Below, piece by piece: positions 33,352-41,499 of a stretch of 64,000 nt of DNA (its first letter is position 1; each line of letters begins with the position of its first letter). Under the pieces are notes generated by a model. The model did no database searches. It had not been told where the DNA came from and worked only from the letters and a program-made list of their open reading frames with translations. This stretch comes from Sedimenticola sp. (GTDB lineage: Bacteria; Pseudomonadota; Gammaproteobacteria; Chromatiales; Chromatiaceae). The stretch lies in NCBI GenBank assembly GCA_011051655.1, contig DRKS01000053.1:11790-75789 (forward strand), given 5' to 3'. Position numbers and translations under genes: made by a program.

Positions 33352-34038
33352 ATGGCGCTATTTCGTTCGTTGCTGGCCGTACTCGTTTTGGGCGTTGTGC
33401 TGCCGGGGTCCGTGCTGGCCGAGACGGACCAGGAGGCCAAGATGACGGAGGTCATCGAGGTCCTGGAGGCCCTCAACAGGATACCGGAGCGGAAGATTCC
33501 CCCGTCCCTGCTGGCGAATGCCCAGGGCATCGCCATCATTCCCTCGGTGGTCAAGGTGGGCTTCGTGTTTGGTGGCCGTTACGGCAGGGGGGTGGTCTGC
33601 GTGCGCATGCCGGACGGGGCCTGGAGCAACCCGGTTTTCATCTCTGTCACCGGGGGCAGCGTGGGCTGGCAGATCGGCGCCCAGTCCACGGATGTGATCC
33701 TGGTGTTCAAATCGAAGAAGAGCGTCGAGGGCATGATCGACGGCAAGTTCACCCTGGGGGCGGACGCGGCGGTGGCCGCCGGTCCCATCGGCCGCAAGGC
33801 CTCGGCCTCCACGGACGCCCAGCTCAAGGCAGAGATCTACTCGTACTCCCGCAGCCGGGGCCTGTTCGCCGGCATTGCGCTGGACGGGGCGGCCCTGTCC
33901 ATCAGAACGGAAGACAATACCAACTACTACGAGGAGTTCGACCTCACCGCCGGTCGGATCTTTGCCGGGGAAAGCAAAAAGACCCCGGCGTCCGCCCATA
34001 GACTCAGGCAACTGCTGGACGAGTACGCAAGGCCGTGA
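33352..34038 (+). CDS. Secreted SYLF/Ysc84-like (DUF500) lipid-binding domain protein
   Basis: Signal peptide [23 protein letters not shown]. Contains [34 protein letters not shown] and [16 protein letters not shown], which are SYLF-type motifs. An alternative start at 33334 is possible. Confidence 0.8.
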   Translation: MALFRSLLAVLVLGVVLPGSVLAETDQEAKMTEVIEVLEALNRIPERKIPPSLLANAQGIAIIPSVVKVGFVFGGRYGRGVVCVRMPDGAWSNPVFISVTGGSVGWQIGAQSTDVILVFKSKKSVEGMIDGKFTLGADAAVAAGPIGRKASASTDAQLKAEIYSYSRSRGLFAGIALDGAALSIRTEDNTNYYEEFDLTAGRIFAGESKKTPASAHRLRQLLDEYARP

Positions 34039-34355
34039 TGAGCGAAACCCTGGACAGACTGGCCGAGGTGCTGGAGGCGCGCAAGGAGGCGGACCCGGAT
34101 GCCTCCTATGTGGCGCAACTCTACAGCAAGGGGCTGGACGCCATGCTCAAGAAAATCGGGGAAGAGGCCACGGAGACCGTCATGGCGGCCAAGGATGGAG
34201 ACCCGGACAAGATTGTCCGCGAGATCGCCGATCTCTGGTTTCACACCCTGGTGCTGCTGGCGTCCCGGGGCCTGGGCCCCGGGGACGTGCTGGCGGAGCT
34301 GGATCGGCGTTTTGGCCTCTCCGGGCTGGAAGAAAAGGCGCAACGTCTGCGTTGA
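34035..34355 (+). CDS. hisE: Phosphoribosyl-ATP pyrophosphatase
   Basis: [24 protein letters not shown] and [11 protein letters not shown] motifs; 106 aa. Confidence 0.92.
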   Translation: MMSETLDRLAEVLEARKEADPDASYVAQLYSKGLDAMLKKIGEEATETVMAAKDGDPDKIVREIADLWFHTLVLLASRGLGPGDVLAELDRRFGLSGLEEKAQRLR

Positions 34356-34463
34356 GGGTCAAATTGCGGTATCATCGGGCCGTTGCGGGTTACCAATATT
34401 GATGGGGCCGCTCCCGACCGGCCGGCCGGGGGCGGCCCCGCACGTGCTTATGCGGAGAATACA

Positions 34464-34727
34464 ATGGGTTTTAGCGGTATCAGTATTTGGCAGTTATTGA
34501 TTGTCCTCCTGATCGTGCTGCTGGTGTTCGGCACCAAGCGGCTCAAGAACATCGGCTCCGATCTGGGCAATGCGGTGAAGGGATTCCGGGGGGCCATGAG
34601 CGAGGGCGAGGCCGACAAGAAGGAAAAGGAAGAGGAGCCGGCCCCGGAGCAGTTGGAGCAGGCCGACGAGGAGGCCAAAAACGCCGCCCGGAATGATGTG
34701 AAAAGCAGCGAAAAGGAAAAGGTCTGA
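34464..34727 (+). CDS. tatA: Twin-arginine translocase subunit TatA
   Basis: [35 protein letters not shown]. Confidence 0.93.
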   Translation: MGFSGISIWQLLIVLLIVLLVFGTKRLKNIGSDLGNAVKGFRGAMSEGEADKKEKEEEPAPEQLEQADEEAKNAARNDVKSSEKEKV

Positions 34728-34772
34728 GCCTTGAGTCTCTTCCCCCTTGCGCCGTCCTGATTCTTTCCCGTC

Positions 34773-35132
34773 ATGTTCGATATAGGTTTTTGGGAACTGG
34801 CCATGCTCGCCCTTGTGGCCTTGCTGGTGGTGGGACCCGAGCGCCTCCCCCGCCTGGCCCGCACCCTGGGCTTTTGGCTGGGCCGGGGCCGGCGGGTCCT
34901 GAGAAATCTCAAGGATGAACTCGACCGGGAGGTGCGGGCCCAGGACATACAGAAGGCCGCCCAGGCGGGGATGCACAATCCCCTGGGCGAGGTCATGGAC
35001 GAGGCGGCGGATTCGCTGCGGGTCATCAAGCAGGACACGGAAAAGATGATGGCCGACGCCGAATCCCGGTTCGAGGGCAAGAAAAAGAAGAAGAAAAAGA
35101 AGAAAAAGGCGCCACCTGCATCCTCCGATTGA
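34773..35132 (+). CDS. tatB: Twin-arginine translocase subunit TatB
   Basis: [26 protein letters not shown]. The C-terminus carries a K10 run. Confidence 0.92.
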   Translation: MFDIGFWELAMLALVALLVVGPERLPRLARTLGFWLGRGRRVLRNLKDELDREVRAQDIQKAAQAGMHNPLGEVMDEAADSLRVIKQDTEKMMADAESRFEGKKKKKKKKKKAPPASSD

Positions 35133-35136
35133 ACCC

Positions 35137-36327
35137 ATGACGATTTCCGACGACCGGGACGACCAGGGCCTGGTGCAACAACCTTTCGTTAGCCACCTGC
35201 TTGAACTGCGTGACCGCCTGCTGCGCATGGTGATCGCCGCCTTCGTGGTCTTTGTGCTGCTGTTCCCCTTCGCCAATGATCTCTACACGGCCCTGGCGAC
35301 CCCCCTGATCAGGCACCTGCCCGAAGGGACGGGGATGATCGCCACCCGGGTCATCTCCCCCTTTCTGACGCCGCTGAAGCTGGCCTTCGTCATGGCCATT
35401 TTTCTGACCGTCCCCTACATCCTCCATCAGCTCTGGTCCTTTGTGGCGCCCGGCCTCTACCGCCATGAGAAACGCCTGGCCATGCCCCTGCTGGCCTCCA
35501 GCGTATTCCTGTTCTATCTGGGCATGGCCTTTGCCTACTTCGTGGTGTTTCCGCTGCTGTTCGACATCCTGCCCAGCATGGCCCCCGAGCAGATCACCGT
35601 GTCCCCGGACATTAGCGATTATCTGGATTTCGTCCTTACCCTGTTCTTCGCCTTTGGCGTCGCCTTCGAAGTGCCCATCGCCACCATCATCCTGGTCTGG
35701 ATGGGCATCACCACCCCCGGGGCCATGGCGGAAAAACGCCCCTATGTCGTCATTGGCGCCTTTTTCGTCGGCATGTTGCTGACGCCGCCGGATATCATTT
35801 CCCAGACCCTGCTCGCCCTCCCCATGTGGCTGCTGTTTGAGATTGGCGTGATATGCTCCCGCGCCTTCGTGCGGGACAGGGAGGACGCCGAGCCTGCGCA
35901 GCATGGGATGCCGGAGCGGTTTGACGATGATGGGCCCGGGCCGGAGACAGGTCCCCCGGAACCAGGCCCGGGGCCGGAACCGGGACCGGACCAGGCGCCG
36001 GTCAGGCCGGGGCCGGTCTCCTACAGCGACTGCGAATTCAATCCCGCCAACCAGGCCCCCGCCTCTGCGGGCGGGGACTGGCCGGACGCCGCCGGGGAAG
36101 AGGACGACGGGCATGACGGGGAACCCCATCCTTCCCGGCCCCCGGCGAATGCCGCCGCCAGGCCGGGCCGCGAAGCGGTCAATGCCAAGCTGAGGCGGAT
36201 TGTGGATTACCGGGATGAAGCAAAGGACGAGCAGGCCCGCGCCCTGCTGTACGAGGTGCTGGCGGAGGGCGACAAGACCCAGGTCGAGATAGCGCGGGAT
36301 ATGCTCAAACAGCTCGACGGCGGTTGA
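35137..36327 (+). CDS. tatC: Twin-arginine translocase subunit TatC with a ~140-aa C-terminal extension ending in a FimV-C-terminal-like motif
   Basis: The TatC core is [13 protein letters not shown]...PPDIISQT (about 250 aa). It is followed by a Pro/Gly/Asp-rich linker and then [27 protein letters not shown]. Confidence 0.9.
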   Translation: MTISDDRDDQGLVQQPFVSHLLELRDRLLRMVIAAFVVFVLLFPFANDLYTALATPLIRHLPEGTGMIATRVISPFLTPLKLAFVMAIFLTVPYILHQLWSFVAPGLYRHEKRLAMPLLASSVFLFYLGMAFAYFVVFPLLFDILPSMAPEQITVSPDISDYLDFVLTLFFAFGVAFEVPIATIILVWMGITTPGAMAEKRPYVVIGAFFVGMLLTPPDIISQTLLALPMWLLFEIGVICSRAFVRDREDAEPAQHGMPERFDDDGPGPETGPPEPGPGPEPGPDQAPVRPGPVSYSDCEFNPANQAPASAGGDWPDAAGEEDDGHDGEPHPSRPPANAAARPGREAVNAKLRRIVDYRDEAKDEQARALLYEVLAEGDKTQVEIARDMLKQLDGG

Positions 36328-36353
36328 CACCGGCCGGTCGGCCGCGAGGCGTA

Positions 36354-36695
36354 TTATTTATACCGCATCCGGGTGCCATGGTTCAGGGAGAGGTCGAGCT
36401 CGGCGGCCTCCAGCCCGGATGGGAAATAGGCGCCGGAGATCTTGGCCCCTTTTATGCTGGCGCCTTCCAGCCGGGCCTCCCGGAAATCGATGCCGCGCAG
36501 GTCCGCCTGCCTGAAATAGCAGCCCCGCAGGTCCAGCCCCCTGGCGTCCAGGCCCCGCAGGTCCAGGCCCCGCAGATCCGCATTTTGCAGATTGCAGGGC
36601 TCTCCCTTGGCGCGGCGTTCGTTGAATTCCTCCACCTTGTCGTCGCGGAGGAGTTGATACATGGGGTCTGCTTTGATTTCCGGTATGGTGCTCAT
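36354..36695 (-). CDS. Pentapeptide-repeat protein
   Basis: NADLRGLDLRGLDARGLDLRGCYFRQADLRGIDFREARLEGASIKGAKISGAYF. Start set at MSTIPEIK. Confidence 0.85.
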   Translation of the reverse strand: MSTIPEIKADPMYQLLRDDKVEEFNERRAKGEPCNLQNADLRGLDLRGLDARGLDLRGCYFRQADLRGIDFREARLEGASIKGAKISGAYFPSGLEAAELDLSLNHGTRMRYK

Positions 36696-36863
36696 GTCGC
36701 CGGGGCGCTCCAGATCCTGCCTGTCTGAAATTGTAGTGCAGCCGCCCGGCGGATGCGAGGCCAATGCGGCCCTCCGCCCGGATGGCCGCGATCTGATGCG
36801 GTGTTATACTTTTGGAAACAGCGCTTATTCGGAGCAATTGCATGGCCACAGGGGGGGGCGGAC

Positions 36864-37340
36864 ATGGCTGACGAAATACCAGCCCGGGCTATTCTCGTGC
36901 CGGTGGATTTCTCCCCGAATTCCGAGCAGGCGCTGGTCTTTGCGGCGGAGCTGGCAACCCGCATCGATGCCCCCCTGGCCGTGCTTCACGTGGTGCACGA
37001 TCCCGCGGAAGCGCCGGGCTATTATGCCCAGCGGGACCCGGATCACCTGGGCAGAATGGATGATATCGCCGCGGAAATGATGCAGGAATTTCTGCAGAGG
37101 ATGATCGATGCCCATCCGGGCCTGGATATTCTCAGGCAGGCCCACCCAAGGCTGGTATCCGGGTTGCCGGTGACCAGGATTCTGGAAGCGGCCAAAAAAA
37201 TCAATCCCTACATGGTGGTGATGGGCAGCAGGGGGCGAACCGGGCTTTCCCATCTCCTGCTGGGCTCCAAGGCGGAACAGGTGGTGCGCCTCTGCCCGGC
37301 GCCGGTCACCATTGTCAAAATGCCCAATCGGGATGAGTAG
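36864..37340 (+). CDS. Universal stress protein (UspA family)
   Basis: ILVPVDFSPNSEQAL and VVMGSRGRTGLSHLLLGSKAEQVVRLCPAPV motifs. Confidence 0.9.
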   Translation: MADEIPARAILVPVDFSPNSEQALVFAAELATRIDAPLAVLHVVHDPAEAPGYYAQRDPDHLGRMDDIAAEMMQEFLQRMIDAHPGLDILRQAHPRLVSGLPVTRILEAAKKINPYMVVMGSRGRTGLSHLLLGSKAEQVVRLCPAPVTIVKMPNRDE

Positions 37341-37345
37341 ATAAA

Positions 37346-39010
37346 ATGGCGTGGGGCGCCATGTTCATCGGCCTGCTTGGAGGGCTGGCCCTTTTTCTGT
37401 TCGGCCTGGAGCAGATGGCCGAGGCGCTGAAGGCGGTGGCCGGCGAGCGGATGAAGGGGTTTCTCGCCCGTCTTACCGCAAACCGCTTCATGGGTGCTGT
37501 CACCGGGGCCTTCGTCACGGCGATCATTCAATCCTCCTCGGTGACCACGGTACTGGTGGTGGGCTTCATTTCCGCCGGCCTCATGTCTTTGGCCCAGTCC
37601 ATCGGCGTCATCATGGGCGCCAATATCGGCACCACCATTACCGCCCAGATCGTCGCCTTCAAGATCACCAAGGCCTCACTGGCCATGCTGGCGGTGGGTT
37701 TCGGCATGCTGTTCTTCTCCAAACAGGAAAAGATCATACTCTATGGCCGGGTGCTGATGGGGCTTGGCATGGTGTTTTTCGGCATGAGCGTGATGAGCGA
37801 CGCCATGAAGCCCCTGCACAGCTACCAGCCCTTTCTCGACTTCATGGTCCGCATGGAGCATCCGCTCATCGGCATCCTCGCCGCGGCGCTTTTCACCGGC
37901 CTGATCCAATCCTCATCCGCCACCACCGGCATCGTGGTCGTAATGGCCTCCCAGGGCTTCATCACCCTGCCCGCGGGTATCGCGCTGGCGCTGGGCGCCA
38001 ACATCGGCACCTGCGTGACCACCATCCTGGCCTCCATCGGCAAGCCCCGGGAGGCGGTCCGCGCCGGAGTGGCGCACATCCTGTTCAATGTCTTTGGGGT
38101 GCTGCTCTGGGTCGGCTTTATCGATCAACTGGCCCGGCTCTCCGCCTGGCTGTCACCGGCCTACGAAGGACTCAGCGGCGCCGCCAGGCTGGCCGCCGAG
38201 ACGCCGCGCCAGATCGCCAATGCCCACACCCTGTTCAATGTCGCCAACACCCTGGTTTTCATCGGATTCACGGGGCCGTTCACGCGGCTGGTGGAATGGC
38301 TGGTCCCCGACAAACCACTGGAAGAGATCCCCCGCATCAGCCCCAAGTTTCTGGATGAGGCCCTCATCGACACCCCCTCGCTGGCCCTGGATCGCACCCA
38401 CCTTGAGATTGCCCGCATGGGGCGGCGGGTGAGGGAGATGCTGCAACGAAGCATGCCGGCGATATTGAGCGGCGATCACCAGACCCTCAGGCGGATTGCG
38501 AAACTGGATGACGATGTGGATTTCCTGCATGGGCGGGTCATCACCTACCTGGCGCAGATCAGCAAGAAATCCCTGACGGAAACCCAGACGAGAAAATTCA
38601 CCGATCTCATGACCGCCGCCAACAATCTGGAGAATATCGGCGACGTCATAGAAACCGACCTGGTGGAGTTGGGGCACAAGCGTATCGACGAGGGCGTCGT
38701 CATCAGCCAAATGACCCAGGAGGTGCTGTTCCAGCTCCACCAGGCCGTTGCGGAGTCCATAGACCTGCTTCTCGACGCCCTGGAGGGGGACCGGGAGGCG
38801 GCGGAAAGGGTCATCGCCATGAAACAGCATATCGGCCGGCTGGCGGATGCGGCCGCCCTTCACGAGGCCAAGCGCCTGGCGGCGGAAGAGCCGAAGCGGC
38901 TGCAGGCCTACACCATCGAAACGTCCATTATCGAAAAGCTCAAGCGCATCTACTATTTCGCCAAGCGCACGGCCAGGGTCACGTTGCCGGCGGAGGAGAC
39001 GGCTGAGTGA
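37346..39010 (+). CDS. Na+/phosphate cotransporter family protein with C-terminal PhoU-like domains
   Basis: Duplicated QSSSVTT / QSSSATT NaPi-II motifs in the membrane part, with a helical PhoU-like tail; 554 aa. Confidence 0.9.
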   Translation: MAWGAMFIGLLGGLALFLFGLEQMAEALKAVAGERMKGFLARLTANRFMGAVTGAFVTAIIQSSSVTTVLVVGFISAGLMSLAQSIGVIMGANIGTTITAQIVAFKITKASLAMLAVGFGMLFFSKQEKIILYGRVLMGLGMVFFGMSVMSDAMKPLHSYQPFLDFMVRMEHPLIGILAAALFTGLIQSSSATTGIVVVMASQGFITLPAGIALALGANIGTCVTTILASIGKPREAVRAGVAHILFNVFGVLLWVGFIDQLARLSAWLSPAYEGLSGAARLAAETPRQIANAHTLFNVANTLVFIGFTGPFTRLVEWLVPDKPLEEIPRISPKFLDEALIDTPSLALDRTHLEIARMGRRVREMLQRSMPAILSGDHQTLRRIAKLDDDVDFLHGRVITYLAQISKKSLTETQTRKFTDLMTAANNLENIGDVIETDLVELGHKRIDEGVVISQMTQEVLFQLHQAVAESIDLLLDALEGDREAAERVIAMKQHIGRLADAAALHEAKRLAAEEPKRLQAYTIETSIIEKLKRIYYFAKRTARVTLPAEETAE

Positions 39011-39033
39011 TGAGTACCGAGTGTGGCGGAATA

Positions 39034-39378
39034 TTATAAAAAGGCGGGCATGGTGAAGCGCACGGCAATGGGAAGGACCATGCAAACGACAAAAATGAAA
39101 ATAGAGTTTCTCCGGGCGTTCTGGAACAGTGCATCGAGGGCGAAGACCCTCAGGGAAAGCAGCAAGGGAATGGCGCCTGCTATAAAAACCAGTTCGATGA
39201 TCTGGTCCGGACCCTGGGGACCGATGCCGCGGGATATCAAGGCGAACCACAGGGTGACCGGCGCCACGCTCAGCATCCAGTCCCAGTCAAACCATGTGTC
39301 TCTTTTGCGGGCGAAATACCAGGCCAGGGATGAAAGGGATATGATTGCAAGCACGGAGCTCAAAAACAGTATTGCCAT
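39034..39378 (-). CDS. Small hydrophobic membrane protein, unknown function
   Basis: 114 aa, 3-4 predicted TM helices, visibly lower GC than the flanks. No recognisable family. Confidence 0.5.
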   Translation of the reverse strand: MAILFLSSVLAIISLSSLAWYFARKRDTWFDWDWMLSVAPVTLWFALISRGIGPQGPDQIIELVFIAGAIPLLLSLRVFALDALFQNARRNSIFIFVVCMVLPIAVRFTMPAFL

Positions 39379-39446
39379 TTAATGACTCGAATTAGCGGGG
39401 GGACGGTGGTATACATATAAACATAAAAACAGAGATTGGCAATCCA

Positions 39447-41003
39447 ATGTTCAGAACCGCCGAGCTGGGGCGCAAGATATCCAAGGCCGAATTCAAAAAG
39501 CGCGAGATCCTGCTGCGCCAGGAGCTGCTACAGGCCCAGCAGGCCCTGCGCCAGGACGGCGGGTTTCCGGTGATCATCGTCTTCGCCGGCGTGGACGGCG
39601 CCGGCAAGGGGGCGACGGTCAATCTCCTCAACGAGTGGATGGACCCCCGCTGGCTGGTGACCCGCGCCTATGGGGAGCCGTCCCAGGAGGAGCGGGAGCG
39701 GCCGGAGTTCTGGCGCTACTGGCGTGACCTGCCGCCCAACGGCCGCATCGGCCTGTTCCTCAGCTGCTGGTATTCCAAGCCGGTGCTGGACCGGGTCTAC
39801 GGCAACATCAGCGAGGCGGAATTCGATGAGCGGCTGGACCGGATCGCCGCCTTTGAAAAGGCCCTTACCGATGACGGGGCGCTGATCCTGAAGTTCTGGA
39901 TGCACCTCAGCCGGGAGGCCCAGAAAAGGCGCCTCAAGGCCCTGGAAAAGGACCCCCTGCTGCAATGGCAGGTCACGGAGAAGGATTGGGACCACTGGCA
40001 TCTGTATGACCAGTTCATGCAGGCCGCCGAGCGCAATATCATGCGCACCAGTGTGGGCAGGGCGCCCTGGTCCATCGTGGAGGGCGCCGACGCCAACTAC
40101 CGGAGCCTGACCGTGGGCTGCGCCATCCGGGACGCCATTCTCAAGCGCCTGGAAGAGCGCCGGCTGGAAATCAAGCTCAAGGCCGAGCTGAAGAGCCAGG
40201 CGGGCGCCGCCGGGGCGCCTCCGGAACCGGATGAAGACGCCGCCGGGGCCGAGCCATGCCGGGACGATGCCCCGCTGACCATAGTCTCCACCCTGGACAT
40301 GTCGCAGCGCCTGACCAGGGCGGAGTACAAGGTGCAGTTGAAGCAGCTCCAGGGCAAGCTGAACCTGCTGCACCGCAAGGCCCTGGCCAAGGGCATATCC
40401 ACCCTGCTGGTGTTCGAGGGGCCGGACGCGGCGGGCAAGGGCGGCGCCATCCGCCGGCTCACCGCCGCCATGGAGGCCCGCAACTACCAGGTGCTGCCCT
40501 TCTCCGCGCCCACGGACGAGGAGCGGGCCCACCACTATCTCTGGCGTTTCTGGCGCCAGCTCTCCAGGGCCGGGCGGGTCACCATCTTCGACCGGAGCTG
40601 GTATGGCCGGGTGCTGGTGGAGCGGGTGGAGGGCTTTGCCACCGAGGACGAATGGATGCGGGCCTATGCCGAGATCAACGATTTCGAAAGCCAGTTGATC
40701 GAGCACGGCATGGTGTTGCTCAAGTTCTGGATTCACATCACCAAGGAGGAACAGCTGGCCCGCTTCAAGGCCCGCGAAGAGATCCCCCACAAGCGCTGGA
40801 AGCTGACCGACGAGGACTGGCGCAACCGGGAGAAATGGGACGACTACGAGCAGGCCGTCAACGACATGGTGGAAAGGACCAGCACCTCCAGGACGCCCTG
40901 GGTGCTGGTGGAGGGCAATGACAAGCCGTTTGCCCGGATCAAGGTGCTCAAGGCGGTGTGTGACCGGCTGGAAGAGGCGCTTGGAGGCGACCGGGAGGGA
41001 TAA
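39447..41003 (+). CDS. ppk2: Two-domain polyphosphate kinase 2 (class II; polyphosphate:AMP phosphotransferase type)
   Basis: Two PPK2 modules, each with a Walker A (GVDGAGKG and GPDAAGKG) followed by the WRFW/YWR and FDRSWY/SCWYS motifs; 518 aa. Confidence 0.92.
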   Translation: MFRTAELGRKISKAEFKKREILLRQELLQAQQALRQDGGFPVIIVFAGVDGAGKGATVNLLNEWMDPRWLVTRAYGEPSQEERERPEFWRYWRDLPPNGRIGLFLSCWYSKPVLDRVYGNISEAEFDERLDRIAAFEKALTDDGALILKFWMHLSREAQKRRLKALEKDPLLQWQVTEKDWDHWHLYDQFMQAAERNIMRTSVGRAPWSIVEGADANYRSLTVGCAIRDAILKRLEERRLEIKLKAELKSQAGAAGAPPEPDEDAAGAEPCRDDAPLTIVSTLDMSQRLTRAEYKVQLKQLQGKLNLLHRKALAKGISTLLVFEGPDAAGKGGAIRRLTAAMEARNYQVLPFSAPTDEERAHHYLWRFWRQLSRAGRVTIFDRSWYGRVLVERVEGFATEDEWMRAYAEINDFESQLIEHGMVLLKFWIHITKEEQLARFKAREEIPHKRWKLTDEDWRNREKWDDYEQAVNDMVERTSTSRTPWVLVEGNDKPFARIKVLKAVCDRLEEALGGDREG

Positions 41004-41443
41004 TGACCGAGGCGGAATACATAGAACAGCGTCTTGACGACCAGATCATTTGGTATGACCGCAAGAGCCAGTGGAATCAGCTTTGGTATAAGCGCCTGCG
41101 GGTGGTCGAGATCGTCTGCGCATGCAGCATTCCCTTCGTCCTCAGTTTCACTGCGGACGGCAAGGGCGTGATGGTGGGCCTCGCCGGCCTGTTCGGCGTC
41201 GTGGTGGCGGTGGTGTCCGGCGTTATCTCATTGTTCAAATTCGAGGAAAACTGGGTTTCCTATCGCGCCACCTGTGAAAAGCTGCAGCATGAGAAACTGC
41301 TTCACGCCACCGGGACCAGTCCCTATGACGGGGAGAACAATCTGCCCCTGCTGGTGCAGCGGGTGGAGGCCATCATTTCCAGGGAAGGGCTGGAATGGCA
41401 GCAGCACGTGGTGGCGAAAGAAGAGGGAGGCGGATCCGCCTGA
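41003..41443 (+). CDS. DUF4231 / SLATT-clan 2-TM protein
   Basis: EYIEQRLDDQIIWYDRKSQWNQLWYKRLRVVEIVCACSIPF, a second TM, then FKFEENWVSYRATCEKLQHEKLLH. This matches my recollection of the DUF4231 signature. The start overlaps the ppk2 stop (TAATG). Confidence 0.8.
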   Translation: MTEAEYIEQRLDDQIIWYDRKSQWNQLWYKRLRVVEIVCACSIPFVLSFTADGKGVMVGLAGLFGVVVAVVSGVISLFKFEENWVSYRATCEKLQHEKLLHATGTSPYDGENNLPLLVQRVEAIISREGLEWQQHVVAKEEGGGSA

Positions 41444-41499
41444 GCCGGGTTGCACGGCGCAGGCCCGTCAATACCGGCAATGGCTATTCGGATTTTTGC

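Noticed and set aside
35074-35110. Poly-lysine tract in tatB considered as evidence of a frameshift or pseudogene.
   Set aside because: The reading frame is intact through the tract. It ends at a normal stop 4 nt before a well-placed tatC ATG, and the TatB N-terminal functional region is complete.
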